From Spirochaetia bacterium (GTDB lineage Bacteria > Spirochaetota > Spirochaetia > SZUA-6 > Bin103): 64,000 nucleotides of DNA. The notes beneath the pieces were generated by a model. That model ran no database searches. It was not told the DNA's origin and worked only from the letters and a program-made list of their open reading frames with translations. This document shows, piece after piece, positions 18,274 to 28,722 of the stretch. The number at the start of each line of letters is the position of its first letter. Within the stretch, counting starts at the first letter, position 1. The DNA is taken from contig CBDBDQ010000005.1 in the NCBI GenBank assembly GCA_965203905.1, forward strand, positions 5,888,001 through 5,952,000, given 5' to 3'. The position numbers and the translations under genes were made by a program.

Positions 18274-19695
18274 GTGGACCGCGCTCGCACCCTGGACCGG
18301 CCCAACGTGCTGCTGCTGTACACCGACCAGCAGCGCCGGGACAGCGTCGGCTGCTATGGATCGCCGTTTGCCGCGACGCCGCATCTCGACGCGCTGGCGG
18401 CGGGCGGGCGCCGCTTCGACCGCTGCTACGTGCAGAGCCCGGTGTGCGTGCCGAGCCGCTTCGCGTTCCTCACCGGGCGCTACTGCTCGTCCACCGGCGT
18501 GGGCGGCAACGGTCCCGAGTTCCCGGCCGACCTGACGCCGGTCAACCGGCTGCTGTCGCCCTACGGCTACCACGGCGCCCAGATCGGCAAGCTGCACTTC
18601 GTGCCTCATTCCAACCGCAATCACCGCGATCCGACCCCCAGCTACGGATTCGATACCTGCATCCTGTCGGACGAGCCGGGCTGCTACGACGATGCCTACA
18701 CCCGCTGGGTGGAGCGGGTGGCTCCCGACCAGTTGGGTCGCGTTCGCACCGCGCTGCCCCCGGCGGCAATCGAGGGTCCGCAGGATCTGCCGGACTACCC
18801 TGCGCCCGGCCGCAACACCCACGAGCCCTACCTGTTCGAGGCCGACGAGGACCTGACCCACAGCGCCTTCGTCGCGGCCGAGACCTGCCGCTTCCTGGAA
18901 GGGATCGGAGATGCGCCGTTTCTGGCGATCGCCGGGTTCTACGCCCCGCATCCGCCGATCAATCCGCCGCGGCGCTGGGTCGAACTGCTCGCGGACCGCG
19001 ACCTGCCGCTGCCGCGGATCGGCGCCGGCGAGCCGGTGTCTCCCGCCATCGCCGGGCTGAGCGACGCCGAGCGGCGCCGCATGGTGCACTACTACCACGC
19101 GCTGGTGAGCCACGTGGACGACCAGATCGGCCGCATCCTGGCGACCCTGGAGGCGGCCGGGCTGGCGCGGCGCACCATCGTCATCTTCACCTCCGATCAC
19201 GGGGAGTACCTGGGCGATCACGGCCGCATCCAGAAGGGAATGCCGCACAGCGTGATCACCAACGTGCCCTGCATCGTGCGCCTGCCCGGCGATCCTCGGG
19301 CCGGGGACGTGGTCACGGAGGTGGTGGAGCAGATCGACCTGACGGCGACGATCCTGGACTACTGCGGGGTGCAGGTGCCGCGCTTCGTGCAGGGCTGCTC
19401 GCTGCGGCCGCTGCTGGACGGCAGCGGCGAGTGGCACAAGGGTTCCGCCCTTACCGAGGCGTTCTCGGAGTACGGCGCTGCCGGCAGCGTCACGCTGCAG
19501 ACGGCCCGCTACCTGTACGGCTGCGACACGCGCGGCCGCGAGCTGCTGTACGACAAGCGGGAGGATCCGGCCGAGCTGTGCGACGTGGTCTCCGACGGAA
19601 GCTACGCGCCGGTACGCGACGAGTTGCGGCACCAGCTCAACGTGCGCCTGCAGCAGGCGCGCTTCAGTGCCCGGCCACGGGTGGCGCGCTACTGA
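18274..19695 (+). CDS. Sulfatase (formylglycine-dependent, Cys type)
   Basis: PNVLLLYTDQQR, CVPSR, GKLH, PHPP, FTSDHG, ELLYD...DP.E. Confidence 0.92.
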   Translation: MDRARTLDRPNVLLLYTDQQRRDSVGCYGSPFAATPHLDALAAGGRRFDRCYVQSPVCVPSRFAFLTGRYCSSTGVGGNGPEFPADLTPVNRLLSPYGYHGAQIGKLHFVPHSNRNHRDPTPSYGFDTCILSDEPGCYDDAYTRWVERVAPDQLGRVRTALPPAAIEGPQDLPDYPAPGRNTHEPYLFEADEDLTHSAFVAAETCRFLEGIGDAPFLAIAGFYAPHPPINPPRRWVELLADRDLPLPRIGAGEPVSPAIAGLSDAERRRMVHYYHALVSHVDDQIGRILATLEAAGLARRTIVIFTSDHGEYLGDHGRIQKGMPHSVITNVPCIVRLPGDPRAGDVVTEVVEQIDLTATILDYCGVQVPRFVQGCSLRPLLDGSGEWHKGSALTEAFSEYGAAGSVTLQTARYLYGCDTRGRELLYDKREDPAELCDVVSDGSYAPVRDELRHQLNVRLQQARFSARPRVARY

Positions 19696-19696
19696 G

Positions 19697-20101
19697 TCAG
19701 GAGCGCAGCCCGCTCCACGGGGACTGCTCGTGGACTTCTTCCAGCTCGTAACCCTCGGCGCCGACGCAGGGGGCGAGAATGGCCAGCACCTTGGCCGGCG
19801 CCGCGGAAACGTTGAAGGAGGCGTGCACCATGGCGGCGGGGATGAAGGCTGAATCGCCGGCGCGCAGGGTGCGCCGGTTGCGGTCCACCCACTGCTCGAT
19901 CTCGCCGTCGAGCACGTAGATCACCTCTTCCTGGTTGGGGTGGCGGTGAAAGTTGTGGCCGCCGCCGGGGTCGAGCTTCACCTCGATCACCACCAGCTGC
20001 TCGGCGGCCGTGGTCTCCGGACGGCTGTGCCAGCCGAGCTCGAACCCCTCCATCGCATCGCGCTCCACCTCGTCGCGCGCAAAGAACCGACCCTGACTCA
20101 T
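19697..20101 (-). CDS. Cupin domain protein
   Basis: H.FH.HP.QEE.IYVL.G and GD..FIP....H cupin motifs. Confidence 0.9.
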   Translation of the reverse strand: MSQGRFFARDEVERDAMEGFELGWHSRPETTAAEQLVVIEVKLDPGGGHNFHRHPNQEEVIYVLDGEIEQWVDRNRRTLRAGDSAFIPAAMVHASFNVSAAPAKVLAILAPCVGAEGYELEEVHEQSPWSGLRS

Positions 20102-20107
20102 GCCCTG

Positions 20108-20136
20108 ACCATAGTGGCAGCCGCGCCGCGTGTCGA
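20108..20136 (-). promoter_or_regulatory. Putative promoter of a leaderless cupin transcript
   Basis: TCGACA-17 nt-TATGGT, then 6 nt, then ATG. Confidence 0.5.
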
Positions 20137-20146
20137 CCCGGCCGCG

Positions 20147-21859
20147 TCAGCCTGCGCGACGGCCCTGGAGTGCCTGCCGGCGGCGCGCGGTGGCGGCGGC
20201 GTCGACCTCGCCGGTCGCGGCATCGAGCACAACGCCGTAGTGCCGTGCCGCGGCCGGCGCGGAGACGTACCCCTGGCGCACGTCTTCCGCCACCGCCGCC
20301 GGATCGCGCCGTTCCGGGGGATGGAAACCGCCGCCGCCGGGGAGGCGCAGGATGAAGCGTTCTCCCGGTTGCAGGGTGTAGCGGAGCTTGGGGTGCAGCG
20401 CGCGGCCGTCGCTGTGCAGGACCGCGCCCGCGGTTCCGGACCGGCCGCCGGCGAGGCCGCGTGCCGCGACCCGGGTGCGGTCGTACATCGGGGAATGCAC
20501 GGCGGGATGGCCGGTGACGACCTCCAGCTCCATCTCCTGGCCCAGTCCGCCGCGAAAGCGGCCCGGCCCGCCGGAGTCGGTCAGCAGCGCGCGCCGGTGC
20601 ATCAGTACCGGTGCGACCGCCTCGATCGCCTCCGCCGGCACCCCGGTGATGCCGCTCGGGAACGCGGTGGCCGAGAGGCCGTCGCGGTCGGCGCCGGCGC
20701 CCATGCCGCCGGCGGAGAAGAAGATGTAGGCGAACACCTCGCCCTGGTCTCCGGAGCGGCCTTCCAGCATGGTGTTCCACAGCCCGGCCGAGCCCTCCGC
20801 GATCACCCGCTCGGGCACCGCCTGCGCCAGCGCCGCCAGGATCGGCTGCGACACGAAGTGCCCGATCAGGTGGCGCGCGCCGACCGCCGCGGGACGCAGA
20901 CAGTTGAGGATCGAGCCTCGCGGCGCGGTTACGGTGAGCGGCCGGAACGAGCCTTCGTTGTTGGGCACCGTCGGTGCGACCACCGCCATCGTCGTGTAGG
21001 TGGAGTACGCCTGCGTGTAGTTCAGCACCACGTTGATGCCGCGCTCCACCTGTGGCGAGCTGCCGGCGTAGTCGATGGCGATGGCGTCGCCCGCCACCCG
21101 CAGGCTGCAGTTGATCTGCAGCGGGTCGTCGAACCCGTCGATGGTCACCGCGCTGCGGTAGGTGCCGTCGGGAATCTCCCGGATCGCCGCCCGCACCGCG
21201 TCCTCGGTACGCTGCAGGAGCAACGGGCCGAGCGTCTCCAGGTCGGGCAGCCGGTACTCGTCCAGCATCTCGACGAGCTTGCGCGCACCGACCACGTTGC
21301 CGGCCTGCTGCGCGTACAGGTCGCCGATCACCATCTCCGGTACCCGCACGTTGGCGCGGATGATCTGCAGCAGCTCGCGGTTGGGCTCGCCGCGGCGGAA
21401 CAGTTTCAGCAGCGGGATGGCGAGCCCTTCCTCGAACACCTCGCGGGCGTCCGCGCCCATGGTCAGCCCGCCGATGTCGGTGGCGTGACAGGTGCTCGCG
21501 AACCAGCCGACGCCACGGCCGCGATGAAACACGGGAGTGACCACGGTCAGATCGAACAGGTGGCCGGCGGAGGCCCACGGATCGTTGGTGACCAGGGTAT
21601 CGCCAGGCTGCAGCGACGCCAGCGGATGGCGCGGCACCACGTAGTCGCGCACGCAGTTGGCCATGGTGTTGATGTGGCCGGGGGTGCCGGTGACGGCCTG
21701 CGCCAACATCCGGCCCTGGGCGTCGAATACCCCGGCCGAGAGGTCGCCCGCCTCGCGCACCACGGTGGTGAACGAGGCATGCATCAGCGCCGCGGCCTGC
21801 TCGTCCACGATCGAGATCAGCCGATTGCGCAGCACCTCCAGGAGAATCGGATCGATCAT
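20147..21859 (-). CDS. Hydantoinase B/oxoprolinase family protein
   Basis: IDPILLEV, TNDPW..GHLFD, H..DIGG, EEGL.IP, DSGGPGRFRGGLG, PGGGGF..P.RD. Confidence 0.92.
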   Translation of the reverse strand: MIDPILLEVLRNRLISIVDEQAAALMHASFTTVVREAGDLSAGVFDAQGRMLAQAVTGTPGHINTMANCVRDYVVPRHPLASLQPGDTLVTNDPWASAGHLFDLTVVTPVFHRGRGVGWFASTCHATDIGGLTMGADAREVFEEGLAIPLLKLFRRGEPNRELLQIIRANVRVPEMVIGDLYAQQAGNVVGARKLVEMLDEYRLPDLETLGPLLLQRTEDAVRAAIREIPDGTYRSAVTIDGFDDPLQINCSLRVAGDAIAIDYAGSSPQVERGINVVLNYTQAYSTYTTMAVVAPTVPNNEGSFRPLTVTAPRGSILNCLRPAAVGARHLIGHFVSQPILAALAQAVPERVIAEGSAGLWNTMLEGRSGDQGEVFAYIFFSAGGMGAGADRDGLSATAFPSGITGVPAEAIEAVAPVLMHRRALLTDSGGPGRFRGGLGQEMELEVVTGHPAVHSPMYDRTRVAARGLAGGRSGTAGAVLHSDGRALHPKLRYTLQPGERFILRLPGGGGFHPPERRDPAAVAEDVRQGYVSAPAAARHYGVVLDAATGEVDAAATARRRQALQGRRAG

Positions 21860-24024
21860 GCGCCGCCTCCCGCCGCCGTGAAGCTCAGCAGCAGGCAGCC
21901 GGCCGCGCCCACGGCGGCGCTCCAGCCCGGCGGCACCACCGTGGTGGATTCCGCCTCCTCGATGATGGCCGGTCCCGCGGCGCCGAAGTCCGCGGCCAGC
22001 AGGTGACGCTGGTATACCGGCGTGCGCAGGAACCCGGCGGCGCCGTCGAACAGCGCGTCGCGAAACTCGAGCCCTGCTCCCGGGTGCGCCTCCGCGGCAG
22101 CGCGGTCAGGTCGGCCTGCTGCCGGGCCGGTTCCGGCGGCCACCGCGTCACCCCGCTGCAGCAGCCGCGCCGGGAGCCGCCCGTGGTCAGGGCGCGGCCC
22201 GGCCACCGAGACGCGCCAGTTCACCACCTCCAGCGGCACGCCCTCGCTGGTCTGGCCGTAGAAGCGCGCGTACTCGCGCTCGAAGCGGCGCTGCACTTCG
22301 TTCAGCAGGGCGCGGTCCGGCATGCCGGACGGCACCGGCACGCGGATCTCGTACCCCTGCCCCACGTAGCGGAGGTCGGCGGAGCGATGCACGGTCATCG
22401 CCTCCTCGGCCACGCCGGCCGCCGCGACGCGATCGCGTCCCTCCCGCTCCATCTCCCTTAGCATGGCGCCCAGAGCCGGCAGGTCGACCCGTTCGAGACG
22501 CGCCAGGTGACTACGCGTCAGGTCGAAAGCGATCGGCGCCAGCAGCAGACCGAAGGCCGATCCAACCCCCGCCAGCGGGGGAATGACCACGCTGTCCAGT
22601 CCCAGGCGGCGCGCCACGCCGCAGGCGTGCACCGGCCCGGCGCCGCCGGTCGCCACCAGGGCATGGCGCCGGGTGTCGAGGCCGCGCTCGGCGGCATGCA
22701 CCCGCGCGGCGGCCGCCATGTTCTCGTTGACCAGTTCATGGATGCCCCAGGCCACCCGCACCGGGTCCATGCGCAGCGCCGCGGCCAGCTCGCCATGGGC
22801 CGCCCGGGCGGCGGCCAGGTCCAGCGTGATCGTGCCCCCGGCGAAGCTCAGCGGATCGAGGTAGCCGAGGAGCAGGTCGGCGTCGGTCACCGTCGGCTCC
22901 CGGCCGCCGCGGCCGTAGCACGCAGGACCCGGCTCCGCACCTGCGCTGTCGGGGCCCACCGTCGGGAGCCCGAGCGGCCCGAGGCGGGCAATGCTGCCGC
23001 CACCGGCGCCGATCTCGATCATCTGCACGGCGGGCACCAGCAGCGGCAGTCCGCTGCCGCGCTTGAAGCGGTGCACCCGTGCCACTTCCGACTCCACGGT
23101 CACCGCAAGCTCGCCGCGGGCGGCGAATACGGCCTTGGCGGTGGTGCCTCCCATGTCGAAGGCGAGCACGTCGTCGTGCCCGCAGCGGCGGCCCCAGAAG
23201 GCGCCGGCCAGGGCGCCGCCGGCGGGTCCGGACTCGACCAGGCGAATGGGGAAATCCGCGGCGGTGTCCACGGTCGCGGTGCCGCCGTTGGAGAGCATGA
23301 TGTGCAACGGCGCGCCGATGCCGGCCGCGCCGAGCCCTTCCTGCAGCCGGCGCAGGTAGCCGGCTGCCAGCGGCTGCACGTAGGCATTGGCGACCGCGGT
23401 GGAGGTGCGTTGGTACTCGCGCAGGGCCGGGGCCACGCGGTGCGAAAGGGTCACCGGCAGATCGGGCAGCCGCTCCCGCAGCACCTCGGCGGTGGCGGCC
23501 TCGTGCGCCGGGTTGGCATAGGAGTGCAGGAAGCACACCGCCACCGCCTCGATCGCCCGCTCCCGCAGCACGGCGCAGATTCGTTTCAGGGCACCGGTTT
23601 CCAGCGGCCGGAGCACGGCCCCAGCGGCGTTCATCCGCTCCGGCACCTCCAGGCGCAGACGCCGCTCCACCAGTGGTGCGGGCTTCACCAGGCCCAGGTC
23701 GTAGATGTCGTAGCGGCCTTCGGTGCCGATCTCCAGGGCATCACGGAACCCCGCGGTGGTCAGCAACGCGGTGCGCGCGCCGCGCCGCTCGATCAGGGCA
23801 TTGGTCACCAGGGTGGTGCCGTGAATGACGCGGGCCACCGTTTCCGGCGCAACCCCGGCCTGCGCCAGCAGCGCACGGGTCCCCTGCAGTACGCCGAGTG
23901 CGGGGTCCGCGGTAGTGAGCACCTTGCCGGCGTGAGACCGCTGGCTGGTGAGATCGAGGAGCAGCAGATCGGTAAAGGTGCCGCCGATGTCGACGGCCAA
24001 CAGCGAGCCCGGTTGGTTGGTCAA
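21856..24024 (-). CDS. Hydantoinase A/oxoprolinase family protein
   Basis: DIGGTFTD, HGTT..TN, ESGPAGG, DMGGTT, IGAGGGS, SAGAEPGPACYGRGG; start uncertain (TTG 24024 or ATG 24084). Confidence 0.92.
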   Translation of the reverse strand: MTNQPGSLLAVDIGGTFTDLLLLDLTSQRSHAGKVLTTADPALGVLQGTRALLAQAGVAPETVARVIHGTTLVTNALIERRGARTALLTTAGFRDALEIGTEGRYDIYDLGLVKPAPLVERRLRLEVPERMNAAGAVLRPLETGALKRICAVLRERAIEAVAVCFLHSYANPAHEAATAEVLRERLPDLPVTLSHRVAPALREYQRTSTAVANAYVQPLAAGYLRRLQEGLGAAGIGAPLHIMLSNGGTATVDTAADFPIRLVESGPAGGALAGAFWGRRCGHDDVLAFDMGGTTAKAVFAARGELAVTVESEVARVHRFKRGSGLPLLVPAVQMIEIGAGGGSIARLGPLGLPTVGPDSAGAEPGPACYGRGGREPTVTDADLLLGYLDPLSFAGGTITLDLAAARAAHGELAAALRMDPVRVAWGIHELVNENMAAAARVHAAERGLDTRRHALVATGGAGPVHACGVARRLGLDSVVIPPLAGVGSAFGLLLAPIAFDLTRSHLARLERVDLPALGAMLREMEREGRDRVAAAGVAEEAMTVHRSADLRYVGQGYEIRVPVPSGMPDRALLNEVQRRFEREYARFYGQTSEGVPLEVVNWRVSVAGPRPDHGRLPARLLQRGDAVAAGTGPAAGRPDRAAAEAHPGAGLEFRDALFDGAAGFLRTPVYQRHLLAADFGAAGPAIIEEAESTTVVPPGWSAAVGAAGCLLLSFTAAGGGA

Positions 24025-24270
24025 GGCAGTTTCCGGCAGCGGCTGGGAGTGAGCGGCCAAAATGATGCATCCTGGCACCACCATAGTGGATCACCCAGCA
24101 CAGGATTTCAGGACCCACAGGGTCCTCGGACAGCGAGCGGGCGCGCAAGTCCCGCGACAGCCGCGGAAACGCGTCGGCTTTGGCCATCGCGGGGACTGTA
24201 CGTGGGCGGCAAGCCGGGACGCAAGGTTGCCGCAACGGCGGCCGCGGCACGCCGCACACGGCAGGTAGCG

Positions 24271-25506
24271 GTGTACCGCGGCTATCCCATCGCGGTGGTG
24301 GTCTTCCTCTCCACCGGGCTCACCATCGGTACCAGCCAGTACGCCTTCGGCGAATTCGCCGCTCCTCTGCGCGACCACTTCGGCTGGAGCCAGACCGAGC
24401 TCAACCTGTCGCTCACCCTGGCGGTGATCTCCGGTGTGCTGGCGCCGCTGATCGGGCGCGCCGCGGACCGCTGGGGCGCGCGTCCGGTGACCGTGATCTC
24501 GCTGCTCCTGGTGGCGGCCGGCTTCCTGCTGCGGCCCCTGATCGACTCGCTGTGGCACTGGTACCTGTTCAGCGCCCTGGTGTACGCCGGCTTTCCCGGC
24601 GCCACCACGTTGCCCGCCGGCAAGCTGGTGGGGTTGTGGTTCCCCGCCACCCGCGGCCGGGTGATGGGGGCGGTGACCGCCGGCAACAACGCCGGCGGCC
24701 TGACCATGCCGCCGCTGGCGGCGGCGATGATCGCGCTCGGCGGCTGGCAGTGGGGATTCCTGGCGTTCGGCGGTGTGCTGCTGCTGCTGGCGCTGGTCGC
24801 CATGGTCATCATTCGCGAGGACGAGACCCTGGTGGCGCGGGAGATGCGTGCGACCGGACGCTCGGGCTCGGTGCATGCCTCGCGCCAGCTCACGCGCAGC
24901 GGCGTGACCCTGCGCCAGGCGCTGCGCAGCCGCCGCTTCTGGTTCCTGCTGTGCGGACTGTTCGGCGCCACCTTCACCTACCAGGGGGTATTGACGCAAC
25001 TCCGCCAGCACTTTGCCGAGCACGGCTTCGCCCCCGCACTCGCCACCACCGGCCTTGCGGTGATCGCGGCCATGGGAATCGGCTCGAAGCTCGCCTTCGG
25101 TCGCGCCAGCGAGCGCTGGAGCGCGCGCCGTGCCTGCGTGGTGAGCGTGGCCTTTCAGACCGTGGGGCTGGTGATCATGGCGCTGGCCGACAGCGTTCCG
25201 CTGATGTGGTGCGGCATCATCGTGTACGGGCTCGGGTTCGGCGGCCTGGGCGCGTTGCTGGCGCTGGTGGTGCAGGAGGCGTTCGGCATGAAGGCGTTCG
25301 GCAGCATCCTCGGCGTGCTGCAAATGGCGATGATCGGCTCCATGGCGGGCGCCCCGGTCCTGGCCGGGGCGATCCACGACCGGACCGGTTCTTTCTCCGG
25401 CGCCTTTCTGATCATTGCCGGCATCTTCGTCGCCGCCATCGTCTCCCTGCTGGCGGCCGGCGACGACACGGCGGCCGAGTCAGAGGGAGGGCTGAACCGA
25501 AAGTGA
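24271..25506 (+). CDS. MFS transporter (monocarboxylate/OFA-like)
   Basis: About 12 hydrophobic segments, GRAADRWGAR and GRASERWSAR motif A, WFP.TRG; start uncertain. Confidence 0.88.
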   Translation: MYRGYPIAVVVFLSTGLTIGTSQYAFGEFAAPLRDHFGWSQTELNLSLTLAVISGVLAPLIGRAADRWGARPVTVISLLLVAAGFLLRPLIDSLWHWYLFSALVYAGFPGATTLPAGKLVGLWFPATRGRVMGAVTAGNNAGGLTMPPLAAAMIALGGWQWGFLAFGGVLLLLALVAMVIIREDETLVAREMRATGRSGSVHASRQLTRSGVTLRQALRSRRFWFLLCGLFGATFTYQGVLTQLRQHFAEHGFAPALATTGLAVIAAMGIGSKLAFGRASERWSARRACVVSVAFQTVGLVIMALADSVPLMWCGIIVYGLGFGGLGALLALVVQEAFGMKAFGSILGVLQMAMIGSMAGAPVLAGAIHDRTGSFSGAFLIIAGIFVAAIVSLLAAGDDTAAESEGGLNRK

Positions 25507-25549
25507 GCAACCGCTTTGCAGTTCGACGGGAGCGTGGTATGGGTGAGGC

Positions 25550-26350
25550 ATGCATCCGTTTACCCAGCTCTCCCTGCCCGCGGGGGCAGCCGCCGTGCAC
25601 TGGTTCGAGCAGGCCAGCTTCGCCCTGACCGACGCACCGGGCACGCTGCTCCTGGTCGACCCGTACGCTCCGCACGAGCGGCCCGCCGAGCGCTTCATCC
25701 ACGCCCGTCCACCGCTGGACGAGACGGAGTGGCCGCCCAACTTCGTGCTGTTCACCCACGCCCACGACGACCATACCAACTCGGAGACGGTAGCCCGCAT
25801 TCACGCGGCGGCGCCGCGGGCGCGCTATCTCGGCCCGCGGGAGTCGATCGACCAGGTAACAGCCGAGACCGGCGTCGAAGCCGGGCAATGCACCGCGGTC
25901 GTTCCCGGCCAGCGGGTGGCGGCCGGCACCATGGCGATCAACGTGGTGTACGCCAAGCCGCCGGCCGGCGATCCTGACGCCGGCATCGCGCCGCCCGACA
26001 CCCCGCACTTCGGTTACGTCGTCGAAGCGGGGGCGCTGCGCATTTACCTGAGCGGAGATCCAATCAACAACTTCGCCGACCATGTGGCGCTCACCGATGC
26101 CGTAGCGGAGCTGCGGCCGGACGTCGGCTTCTTCACCAACCACCCCACCGAGGGCGAGTTCCCCTACTTCGCCGGCAGCGCGAAGATGGCGCGGCGCTGC
26201 GGGGTGCGGCTCGCCTGTCCGGCCCACTACCAGTGCTTCGTGGCGCGCAACTACGACCCGGCCGAATGGGCGGCGGCGCTCGCCGCCGAGGGCGTTGCGA
26301 CCCGCATCCTCCCGCGCAACACCCACCACGTGTTCACCGCCGGAAGCTGA
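25550..26350 (+). CDS. MBL-fold metallo-hydrolase (UlaG-like)
   Basis: LVDPY, THAHDDH, YLSGD, PAHY. Confidence 0.85.
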   Translation: MHPFTQLSLPAGAAAVHWFEQASFALTDAPGTLLLVDPYAPHERPAERFIHARPPLDETEWPPNFVLFTHAHDDHTNSETVARIHAAAPRARYLGPRESIDQVTAETGVEAGQCTAVVPGQRVAAGTMAINVVYAKPPAGDPDAGIAPPDTPHFGYVVEAGALRIYLSGDPINNFADHVALTDAVAELRPDVGFFTNHPTEGEFPYFAGSAKMARRCGVRLACPAHYQCFVARNYDPAEWAAALAAEGVATRILPRNTHHVFTAGS

Positions 26351-26372
26351 CCGCGGCCGGGCGCCGGCCCAA

Positions 26373-27218
26373 CTACCCCCAGGGTTCTTCGGTGCCCGTC
26401 TGCCGCCACAGGCGTTGCAGATAGGCGCTGCTGCGCTCCAGGTTGTGCCACAGCCGCTCGTGGCCGGCCATCTCGAACAGCGCCTGGCCGAACAGGCGAC
26501 GTGCGACGACTGCCGGGATCAGCCGGGGCCAGTCGACGTCGCCGGCATCGACCACGGGCTGGAGGCGGCCGTCGCAGCGCTGCTTGAAGTGCAGCATGCC
26601 GACCTGCTCCGGCGTCAGCGAGGCGAGCACCGCCGCGGGGTCCGTGGGCTCCTGGATGAACGTGAAGTTGCACGGATCGAAGCAGATGCGCAGTCGACCG
26701 GCGGCCGCTCCGAGTTCGGTACGCGCCGCGGCGATCGCGGCCGTCAGCAGCGGCCACGGCTGCCACGCATTTTCCACCGACAGCAGCGCGTTATCGTGCG
26801 CCAGCGCCGCGGTGAGACGGGCGATGGTGCGCCCCGCGGCGGCGGGACCGCTGGCGGATAGCTGATCGGCCGTGGTGCTCAGGTCCACCAGCCGCACGTG
26901 CGGTCGATGGTGCCGCGCCACGGCGCGCGCGACCCCGACGGCCGCTTCGAAGTACCGGTGGCGCGGTCCGGTGTCGGGTTGCAGAAACGGCACCTCGTAC
27001 GCCGCCACGAAACGCATTTCCGGAAACCGCCGGGCAAGCGCTTCCAGTGCCGCCACGTCGGGCAGGTGCTCGGGCGCCGACTCGTAGCCGCCGAGAGACT
27101 TCTGGCGCAACTCGATGACCCGGTAGCCGCGCTCGGCCGCGGCGGCCACCAGATCGGCCAGGTCCGCGCCCGCCGCGAGTTGCACGCTCCATACGTTGGA
27201 CACCAGCCCCAACAGCAT
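26373..27218 (-). CDS. Sugar phosphate isomerase/epimerase (xylose isomerase-like TIM barrel)
   Basis: GY..IEL, SVEN, CFDPCN, LHFK, GDVDW, LFE. Confidence 0.8.
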   Translation of the reverse strand: MLLGLVSNVWSVQLAAGADLADLVAAAAERGYRVIELRQKSLGGYESAPEHLPDVAALEALARRFPEMRFVAAYEVPFLQPDTGPRHRYFEAAVGVARAVARHHRPHVRLVDLSTTADQLSASGPAAAGRTIARLTAALAHDNALLSVENAWQPWPLLTAAIAAARTELGAAAGRLRICFDPCNFTFIQEPTDPAAVLASLTPEQVGMLHFKQRCDGRLQPVVDAGDVDWPRLIPAVVARRLFGQALFEMAGHERLWHNLERSSAYLQRLWRQTGTEEPWG

Positions 27219-27310
27219 CCGTCAGGTTCCCCGGCGGACTGTAGGGCGCGAGCGCGGCGCCGTCAAACCGCGGTTGCGTCGCGTCGTTCGGCAGTAACAA
27301 AGTGAGCGCC

Positions 27311-28669
27311 ATGCCAAAGCGCGCGGCAGACCTCCCCAACGTGGTCTACATCGACTGTCACGACCTGGGTGACTGGCTCGGCTGCTACGACCGGCCCTAC
27401 CTGGAAACACCTCACCTGGATCGGCTGGCCGCGGGCGGCGTGCGGTTCACCCGACACACGGCGACCGCGCCGATCTGCATGCCGAGCCGCGCCTCGATCT
27501 TCACCGGGCTGATGCCACACGAAGTGGGCGTCACCGGCCAGGAGGCGCTGGAGCCCACCGCGACCTGCATGGCGGCGCGGTTCCGGGATGCCGGGTACCG
27601 CACCGTGGCATGCGGGCGCCTGATGATTCTCAATGATCCCCGGTGGGTAGGGTTCTCGGAGCAGCTTCCCGCGGACGATGGCGACAAGCCGGCTGCCGCG
27701 GCGGGCTTCATCGCCGCGGCGTGCGACGACTCCCGGCCGTTCTTTCTGTCGGTGTCGCTGCAGCAGTGTCATCGCCCGTTCGGCACGCGCCACGACCCGG
27801 CGCTGGTGGAGCGGATCGCGGTTCCCCCGTACCTGCCGGACACCATCGCCACGCGTCGCGACCTGGCCACCCTGGCATGGCAGATACGGGACATGGATGC
27901 CCGTGTCGGGCGCATCCTCTCGGCCATCGACGAAGCCGGACTGCGCGACTCGACGCTGGTGGTGTTCACCACCGAGCACGGACCCGCGGTGGCGCGGGCC
28001 AAGCACACCACCTACGACTCCGGGCTGCGCAGCGCGCTGCTGCTGCGCCTGCCCGGCGTGATTCGCTCCGGAAGCGCCGTCGAACACCTGTCCAGCAGCC
28101 TCGACCTGCTGCCTGCCGTAACCGACCTGTGCGACCTGCCGGCGCCGGCCGCCATCCACGGCGTGAGCTGGGCGCCCTACCTGGCCGGCAGGCACGCCGC
28201 CGCCCCCCGCGAGTGGGCGTTCAGCGAATTCAACTGGGGCCGCCGCAGTGGCCGCTGGTACTACACTCCGAGCCGCGCCATCCGCGGCGTACGATACAAG
28301 CTGCTGCGCAGCTACCGGCGGGTTCCGATCTACGTGGACAACGGCTGGCTGGCGCGCTACGCCGGTGACCGGGCCACGGTCGAACGTTGGTATGGCACGC
28401 CGCTGCCGGAGACCCAGCTTTTCGACCTGCAGGCGGATCCGTACGAACTGCACAACCTGGCCGGAAATCCCGCGTTCGCCTCGATCCGGGCCGAGCTGGA
28501 TCGGCGGCTGGACCACCACCTGCGCGCCACGGCCGACCCCATCCTGCACGGCCCGGTACCCAACCGTGCCGGCGAACCGGAGGTGGCACAGTGGCAGGAA
28601 CAGCCGGATGGCAGCTTCTGTCTTGCACCTGACGACCCCGCGGATCCCGGCGAGATCTCTTTCACCTGA
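27311..28669 (+). CDS. Sulfatase (sulfamidase-like, Cys type)
   Basis: PNVVYIDCHDLG, CMPSRASIFTG, HRPF, TTEHG, AK.T.YD.G, LFDL..DPYE..NLA; ATG 27311 (GTG 27302 alternative). Confidence 0.9.
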   Translation: MPKRAADLPNVVYIDCHDLGDWLGCYDRPYLETPHLDRLAAGGVRFTRHTATAPICMPSRASIFTGLMPHEVGVTGQEALEPTATCMAARFRDAGYRTVACGRLMILNDPRWVGFSEQLPADDGDKPAAAAGFIAAACDDSRPFFLSVSLQQCHRPFGTRHDPALVERIAVPPYLPDTIATRRDLATLAWQIRDMDARVGRILSAIDEAGLRDSTLVVFTTEHGPAVARAKHTTYDSGLRSALLLRLPGVIRSGSAVEHLSSSLDLLPAVTDLCDLPAPAAIHGVSWAPYLAGRHAAAPREWAFSEFNWGRRSGRWYYTPSRAIRGVRYKLLRSYRRVPIYVDNGWLARYAGDRATVERWYGTPLPETQLFDLQADPYELHNLAGNPAFASIRAELDRRLDHHLRATADPILHGPVPNRAGEPEVAQWQEQPDGSFCLAPDDPADPGEISFT

Positions 28670-28722
28670 CGTGCCGCAAGGTCACGGTTCACCTTGAGAA
28701 CGAAGCGCAGTACGCTCGCGAC

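Noticed and set aside
22507-24270. Apparent 999-aa fusion ORF ending in the MFS transporter
   Set aside because: The N-terminal part is antisense to hydantoinase A; only the last ~410 codons are the transporter.
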